This document shows positions 19,006 to 24,000 of a stretch of 24,000 nt of DNA, piece by piece (position 1 is the stretch's first letter; the number at the start of each line of letters is the position of its first letter). Source of the stretch: an uncultured archaeon (GTDB lineage Archaea > Asgardarchaeota > Heimdallarchaeia > Heimdallarchaeales > Heimdallarchaeaceae); assembly GCA_964534625.1 (NCBI GenBank), contig CAZHRF010000001.1, forward strand, positions 12,436 through 36,435. The letters run 5' to 3'. The notes under the pieces were generated by a model. The model had not been told where the DNA came from, made no database searches, and was given only the letters and a program-made list of their open reading frames with translations. The position numbers were made by a program, and so were the translations under genes.

Positions 19006-19054
19006 AATATCAACCCACAAAAAATAAATAATAAGTGTATAATATTTAACTAAG

Positions 19055-19477
19055 ATGAGACTTGAAAGAAAAATAGCAATAGCTTTAGCAAAAGAGTTGA
19101 AACGCATAACACAAAAAGCAAAATTAGAAGCATTGGCTGTTTTAACCGCAACAGGAGATAGAATTGCTTTTTATGCTGGTGACAAACGTGCTAATTCAAC
19201 GGAACTCTCGGCAATAGGTGCTGCATTGGTTGCAGCAGCTCGTTTGGCATTAGAACGCTTAAATTTTTCACCTATTAATGATGTGATGGTTAGAGGTAAA
19301 AAGGGCTTTTTGATTTTGAAATCAATTGGTGACTTTCACTTGGTTGGTGGAACCAGTGACATTGAAGAGTTCAAATCGGCCATCTCTGTTCTATCACAAC
19401 ACGCACCAAAAATTGCAGATATCCTAACATATGTGAATATTGATGAAGATGGTGGAATTATTGTTGATACAGATTAA
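19055..19477 (+). CDS. Roadblock/LC7 (MglB-like) domain protein
   Basis: 140 aa. The pattern LEALAVLTATGDRIAFYAG ... ELSAIGAALVAAA ... INDVMVRGKKGFLILKSIGDFHLVG fits the alpha-beta-beta-alpha-beta-beta Roadblock fold signature. Confidence 0.75.
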   Translation: MRLERKIAIALAKELKRITQKAKLEALAVLTATGDRIAFYAGDKRANSTELSAIGAALVAAARLALERLNFSPINDVMVRGKKGFLILKSIGDFHLVGGTSDIEEFKSAISVLSQHAPKIADILTYVNIDEDGGIIVDTD

Positions 19478-19481
19478 GTCT

Positions 19482-19501
19482 AAAGGCTACTTTTAGCCTT
19501 T
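19482..19501 (+). terminator. Hairpin plus T-rich tract after the Roadblock gene
   Basis: AAAGGCTA-cttt-TAGCCTTT, an 8-bp stem starting 5 nt after the stop codon, followed by T-rich sequence. Confidence 0.4.
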
Positions 19502-19680
19502 TATGTATGTTGTTCTTCTATTATGATAAGTTTTGGATATTATCAGAATTACATTCTAGATTGTACTAAAAACGTTTTTTGTATTTTCTTTCCATAAGTA
19601 ATCTTTTTAAATATCCGTAATTAGACATCACTAAAGTAAAATCTATTATATTAGGATAGATTACAATAGGTGAATGATGC

Positions 19681-21939
19681 GTGTCTGGTAGAACTGAAAT
19701 GTCTGGTATATTCGGTAACTTTTGGGAAAAAGTCGTTGATCATTTTGAAGACTATGAAATTGATAAAGAATTTTTATTACACAAACTTGCTCTAATTTGT
19801 ATACTAACTGCAGGTATCATTATTCGACTTTTTTCTTTAATCAAGGGTTATGATATTATTATTAAAGCATTTGATCCCTATGTTCAATTTATAAGTGCCA
19901 ACTATATTGAACGGAATGGTTTTATAGATTTTGTTCATTGGGTAAAAAATGATTCTTGGTATCCTTTTGGGTTCCATATAGGTAGGGAATTGTATTGGGG
20001 CGTACCTATTAGTGCTATTGTTCTCCATTGGTTTCTTAATCTTCTTACTTTTAATGTAACAATGCAACAAGTTGCATATTTTATTCCCGTTATTTATGGT
20101 GGATTAACAATTATTGCCTCTTATTATTTGGGAAAAGAAACGATCAGTTCGAGAGCTGGACTGTTGACTGCACTATTTATGTCTATACTTCCCTCTTATG
20201 CCTCCCGTAGTGTAGCTGGCTTTTTTGATAATGAATATATTGGAATACTTTTTGTTGTATTGTCTTTATACTTCTTTTTGCGTGCCCTAAAAAGAGATGA
20301 TACCTTATCAGCATTTTTAGCTGGCATATGCTTAGCTGTGCTTATGGGCAGTTGGGGTGCATATAGATATGTGCTTGATTTACTGCCTCTTTGTGTGTTG
20401 TTCTTACTTTTATCGAGAAAAGTGACTTATAATCTAATAAAAACTTATACTATTACTAATTTTGTTGCTATAAGTTTGGGATTTATTGTTAAAAGAGTTA
20501 TTATGAATAAATTCTTTGGTATAGAAGTAATGATACCCATTTTAATGATAGCTTTGTTAATCTTTGTTGGGATAATACAAAATATATCAAGAAGTTTGCC
20601 TGAAAAAACATTCAAACAAGTACTTCTGATAGGGGCAATAAGTTCAATTTTATTACTTAGTATCATTGTGGGTGTGTTACTTTCTGTTGGTATATTTGAT
20701 AACATAGCTGCCAAATTCTGGGCTGTGATTATTCCACGGGGTAGGGTAGATATACCTATTATTAATTCAGTGAGTGAGCACCAACCTATGCCTTGGGGTT
20801 CACTATTCAGAAACTTCCACATACTAACATTTTTCATGCCGTTAGGGATATATTATTGTTTAAAAAAGCCAACTGATGTTAATATATTTATTCTAGTTTT
20901 TGGTGTTTCTGCTATCTATTTCACTGGATCTATGATACGGTTGGTCTTACTTTTAGCACCCGCTGCATCATTATTAAGTGCATTAGCTATAGATAGGATA
21001 CTATACCCTTATTCGTTGAGTGCTCATGGAAAAATAGCTTTAACTCGAAGGAAAGTACGTATTTCCAAATCAATAGGGCGGGATGAAGCAATGATTGCCT
21101 ATATTGTGATATCCTTACTCTTGTTGACTTTTGTCTTCCACTGTGTAAAAATCTCTGAAGGTTATGCTGCACCGGAGATGGCACCGCCGTCACCATATGG
21201 GAATTCTGTACCTATGACTGATTGGCAAGATGCATTAGCTTGGTTAAGAGAAAATGCTCAAGGACCTGGTGTTATTCCTAATAGCCCTTCTGTTGTTTTG
21301 AGTTGGTGGGATTATGGTTATTGGATAACCAATTATGGTAATGCTACTACTCTAGTAGATAATGCTACGACAAACAAAACGCAGATTGGTACTGTGGGTA
21401 CTATGCTTATGTGGAACCTCACCGAATCTATACGGTTAATGTATAGATATAATGTCAAATACGTGTTGGTCAATAGTCAAGCTGGTGTTACTTGGTTGGG
21501 TTCTGATCTAGGAAAATCTGCTTGGTGTATCCGTATTGCAGAAGCCGATGTCCCTCATTATGGGATTAAAGAATCTGATTACATTGTAGAAGAAAGTGAT
21601 GGGAGGCGCATTTATGCGAAACCTTTCTATGAATCAGTTCTATATAGATTATCGGCATATGACAAAGACACTGGTTTTGCATTTGACGGGCAGTATGGGC
21701 CCACAGGCCAAAATGCTCCATCTATATTTGCAAAAGCATCAGATTATCCTGTTAAAGATTTAAAAGGGCCTGATGGTCATATATACTTTACTGAGGTTTA
21801 TAGAAGTTACGGATTGGGAACTGACTCCGCAGGTACAGGAAGAGCCTTTCCGGGTGTGCGTATTTATGAAGTTATTTATCCTCCAAATATAGCCCAATTA
21901 GCAGCTGAACTTGATATGTTATATCCTAAAAATGGATAA
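19681..21939 (+). CDS. aglB: Oligosaccharyltransferase AglB (STT3 family)
   Basis: 752 aa. Multi-pass N-terminal membrane domain, the catalytic WWDYGYW motif (LSWWDYGYWIT), and a soluble C-terminal domain. The GTG start at 19681 is preceded by AGGTGA (19668-19673) with 7-nt spacing. The ATG at 19699 is an alternative. Confidence 0.9.
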   Translation: MSGRTEMSGIFGNFWEKVVDHFEDYEIDKEFLLHKLALICILTAGIIIRLFSLIKGYDIIIKAFDPYVQFISANYIERNGFIDFVHWVKNDSWYPFGFHIGRELYWGVPISAIVLHWFLNLLTFNVTMQQVAYFIPVIYGGLTIIASYYLGKETISSRAGLLTALFMSILPSYASRSVAGFFDNEYIGILFVVLSLYFFLRALKRDDTLSAFLAGICLAVLMGSWGAYRYVLDLLPLCVLFLLLSRKVTYNLIKTYTITNFVAISLGFIVKRVIMNKFFGIEVMIPILMIALLIFVGIIQNISRSLPEKTFKQVLLIGAISSILLLSIIVGVLLSVGIFDNIAAKFWAVIIPRGRVDIPIINSVSEHQPMPWGSLFRNFHILTFFMPLGIYYCLKKPTDVNIFILVFGVSAIYFTGSMIRLVLLLAPAASLLSALAIDRILYPYSLSAHGKIALTRRKVRISKSIGRDEAMIAYIVISLLLLTFVFHCVKISEGYAAPEMAPPSPYGNSVPMTDWQDALAWLRENAQGPGVIPNSPSVVLSWWDYGYWITNYGNATTLVDNATTNKTQIGTVGTMLMWNLTESIRLMYRYNVKYVLVNSQAGVTWLGSDLGKSAWCIRIAEADVPHYGIKESDYIVEESDGRRIYAKPFYESVLYRLSAYDKDTGFAFDGQYGPTGQNAPSIFAKASDYPVKDLKGPDGHIYFTEVYRSYGLGTDSAGTGRAFPGVRIYEVIYPPNIAQLAAELDMLYPKNG

Positions 21940-21942
21940 ACT

Positions 21943-21969
21943 CTTTTCTTCTTATTTTTTCTATTTTTT
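21943..21969 (+). terminator. Oligo-T tracts downstream of aglB
   Basis: CTTTTCTTCTTATTTTTTCTATTTTTT directly follows the stop. Archaeal transcription typically terminates at oligo-T runs. Confidence 0.35.
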
Positions 21970-22243
21970 ATTGGAATATTTGAAGAGATGTTTTAGATTA
22001 TTCTTATTTGTAATATAATCTTGGTACTTTCGCTCCGTTAGTCTTTGTAGTCTTAGTACTATTTGTTACACTTTTTACATAAAGAATTGAAATTAATCAG
22101 AAATATAGAAGATATGTATGTGTTCAGTATAGAACCTCTCTTTCAATTAGTGTTCAAAGATGGGACTAATTTTAGTTAAGCTAATAGGTTGCTCTTTAAT
22201 AGTAAAATTTTAATTGTTTTGATGATGAAATAAATTGAATAAT

Positions 22244-23005
22244 ATGACTAATTTTATCCATAAAATCATAAATCTATTTAAAACAGAGGAAACAAAATTT
22301 AAAACAGAAATGACAGAGAGACTAGAAAAAGAAAAACATATTAATTTAAAGACCGTCAATACAAAACTGCCCATAGATAACCGTATTTGTTTATTTCAAG
22401 AAATTGTGAAAAAAAGAAGAATTAACGGTGTTTATCTTTCGAAACACTATCATTTCTTTTTAATGTCTGAAATGGATATTTCAAATATAAAAACAAAATT
22501 AAAAAGAGAAGGAAGAATAGAAATAAAAGATTTTTTCCAAAAGTGGAATGTAGACAAGAAAGTAATCGCTAGTTTACTAAACCAATTTGAGCGGGGAATT
22601 ATGGGTAAGAGAGAATATTACGCTATCTCTCACCTAGAGAATAGTTATTATTCAAAACTTAGGAACGTTGATGAATATGAACTTGAAAAACTAGAGGACG
22701 AAAACAAAGATTTGTCTATGGAACAAATTCATAGCATCATAAATAACCTTATTGAGACAAAAAGATTAAAGGGCACTATACAAAGCAATTCAAAATATCT
22801 TAGTGGTTCTAAATTCAGAGAGATTATGACCGAATATCTAGAAAAATTAGCAGAAAAATTTATTGAAATTTCTTTTAGTAAAATTAGCAGAGAACTAGAA
22901 ATAAAAAAATCAGAAATTGAAACATTTCTGATTGAATATGTAAAAAAGAATCCCAGCAAAATTACTATATATCCCTTAGACCAAAAGATTATATTCAAAA
23001 TATAA
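22244..23005 (+). CDS. Hypothetical protein with two winged-helix-like modules
   Basis: The track ORF begins at TTG 22235. The first ATG is at 22244. Two segments look like wHTH modules by eye: IEIKDFFQKWNVDKKVIASLLNQFERGIMGKREYYAIS and IEISFSKISRELEIKKSEIETFLIEYVKKNPSKITIYPLDQKIIF. There is no TM segment and I recognise no catalytic motif. Confidence 0.55.
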   Translation: MTNFIHKIINLFKTEETKFKTEMTERLEKEKHINLKTVNTKLPIDNRICLFQEIVKKRRINGVYLSKHYHFFLMSEMDISNIKTKLKREGRIEIKDFFQKWNVDKKVIASLLNQFERGIMGKREYYAISHLENSYYSKLRNVDEYELEKLEDENKDLSMEQIHSIINNLIETKRLKGTIQSNSKYLSGSKFREIMTEYLEKLAEKFIEISFSKISRELEIKKSEIETFLIEYVKKNPSKITIYPLDQKIIFKI

Positions 23006-23149
23006 GATAATAGGTACATATCTTTAATAGAATAGATCTCTTTCTATCAAAAACCACTAAAATAAGATGGGATTTAGAAACGGATTAAAATTAATCTTGA
23101 AAAAGTGTTGAGTTTATTTACTAAAGTTGTTTTATTATAACAGATACAA

Positions 23150-24000
23150 ATGGAAAACAAAAAAAGAATTTCTTCAGGCATCACAGGTTTGGATGCCCTA
23201 ATGTATGGAGGGCTAGTAAAAAATACAGTTAACTCTATTGTGGGAGGCAGTGGAACAGGGAAAACAACATTTTGTTTATCATATATGCTTCAAGGATTAC
23301 GCGAGGATGATCATATTCTATATCTGTCATTTGAAGAAACACCATCTAAATTGCTTGTTGAAGCAAAATCATTAGGAATAAACTTGGACAAATATGTATC
23401 AGATATAACTAATGTAATACACTTAGTGGAAAGCGAGAAAATTGTTGAATTCATTGTTGATATTTTACCTAGTTTAACAAAAAAGTTGAAAGACCAATAT
23501 ATCAAACATACAAGGATTATAATAGATCCATTAACACCCGTTTTATGGGAATTTCCTTCAGAAAAAGATCAGAGAAAAGTATTAACAAAAGCATACCGGT
23601 ATTTGAGTTCTTTAGGTACAGTCTTACAAACTGTTGAAGAAGCCAACCCTTTCGGACAAGACAACATAGGAACAAGTGAAACTAGGGTCCCCATTTACCT
23701 ATCAGATAGCGTAATCCAAATTCAGAACTTAGGCTTTGGAGGTAAATATAGTAGAACATGCAAAGTCATAAAATCAAGACAAACTGCTCATTACGAAGGT
23801 ATTTACTCAATGAATTTTGCGTATGGATCCGGGATATCGATTGATGTAGAAACTAGAGATAATCACATCTCAAATGAAATAAATACGGAATATGAACGGA
23901 TTTTGACAGTTCTTCAAACTTGGTCCAGAGCTAAGGATCCAAAAAAGAAACTAGTGTCTCAAATTGCAAATAATCTTTTAGATAAATCAAAGAGAACGGT
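23150..24000 (+). CDS. KaiC/RecA-superfamily ATPase (KaiC-like), 3' end outside the window
   Basis: Absent from the ORF track because no stop lies inside the window. Hand translation from ATG 23150 is open to 24000 (283 codons): MENKKRISSGITGLDALMYGGLVKNTVNSIVGGSGTGKTTFCLSYM... The GITGLD motif, Walker A GGSGTGKT, Walker B-like RIIIDPLT and CKVIKSRQTAH fit single-domain KaiC-like ATPases. The antisense ORF 23311-23505 is an artefact. Confidence 0.8.
   Translation, partial: MENKKRISSGITGLDALMYGGLVKNTVNSIVGGSGTGKTTFCLSYMLQGLREDDHILYLSFEETPSKLLVEAKSLGINLDKYVSDITNVIHLVESEKIVEFIVDILPSLTKKLKDQYIKHTRIIIDPLTPVLWEFPSEKDQRKVLTKAYRYLSSLGTVLQTVEEANPFGQDNIGTSETRVPIYLSDSVIQIQNLGFGGKYSRTCKVIKSRQTAHYEGIYSMNFAYGSGISIDVETRDNHISNEINTEYERILTVLQTWSRAKDPKKKLVSQIANNLLDKSKRT

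Overview
AT-rich archaeal chromosomal segment. By eye, coding and intergenic DNA is roughly 30% GC and the RNA genes are above 50% GC (not computed). PolD small subunit, AglB/STT3, Sec61-beta and bulge-helix-bulge (BHB) RNA processing motifs mark it as archaeal and non-crenarchaeal. The lineage cannot be assigned from sequence alone; a DPANN- or Asgard-like AT-rich archaeon is plausible.

Gene content:
- The rRNA genes are unlinked. 16S (121-1599) and 23S (about 7109-10473) lie on the same strand, 5.5 kb apart.
- The gap holds cytidine deaminase, a 48-aa zinc-ribbon ORF missing from the ORF track, a ~400-nt GC-rich structured RNA (best guess RNase P RNA), GTP-dependent PEP carboxykinase and inorganic pyrophosphatase.
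- No 5S rRNA and no spacer tRNA are present.
- After the 23S come a 938-aa membrane-anchored HerA/VirB4/FtsK-superfamily ATPase, tRNA-Ser(UGA), and type IA topoisomerase with a translationally coupled zinc-finger ORF.
- A minus-strand group follows: glutaredoxin-like, MazG-like, Sec61-beta and tRNA-Arg(UCU).
- The window ends with PolD small subunit, a Roadblock/LC7 protein, AglB, a tandem winged-helix-like protein and a 3'-truncated KaiC/RecA-like ATPase.
- I saw no CRISPR array, transposase or integrase.

Most notable observations:
- The 23S is flanked by a ~50-nt processing stem with a canonical BHB.
- The 23S is interrupted inside the peptidyl-transferase centre by a 335-nt ORF-less insertion whose ends fold into a relaxed BHB, so it is a likely archaeal-type intron.
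- The RNase P-like RNA sits between the two rRNA genes.
- The large membrane ATPase has no recognisable partner genes.
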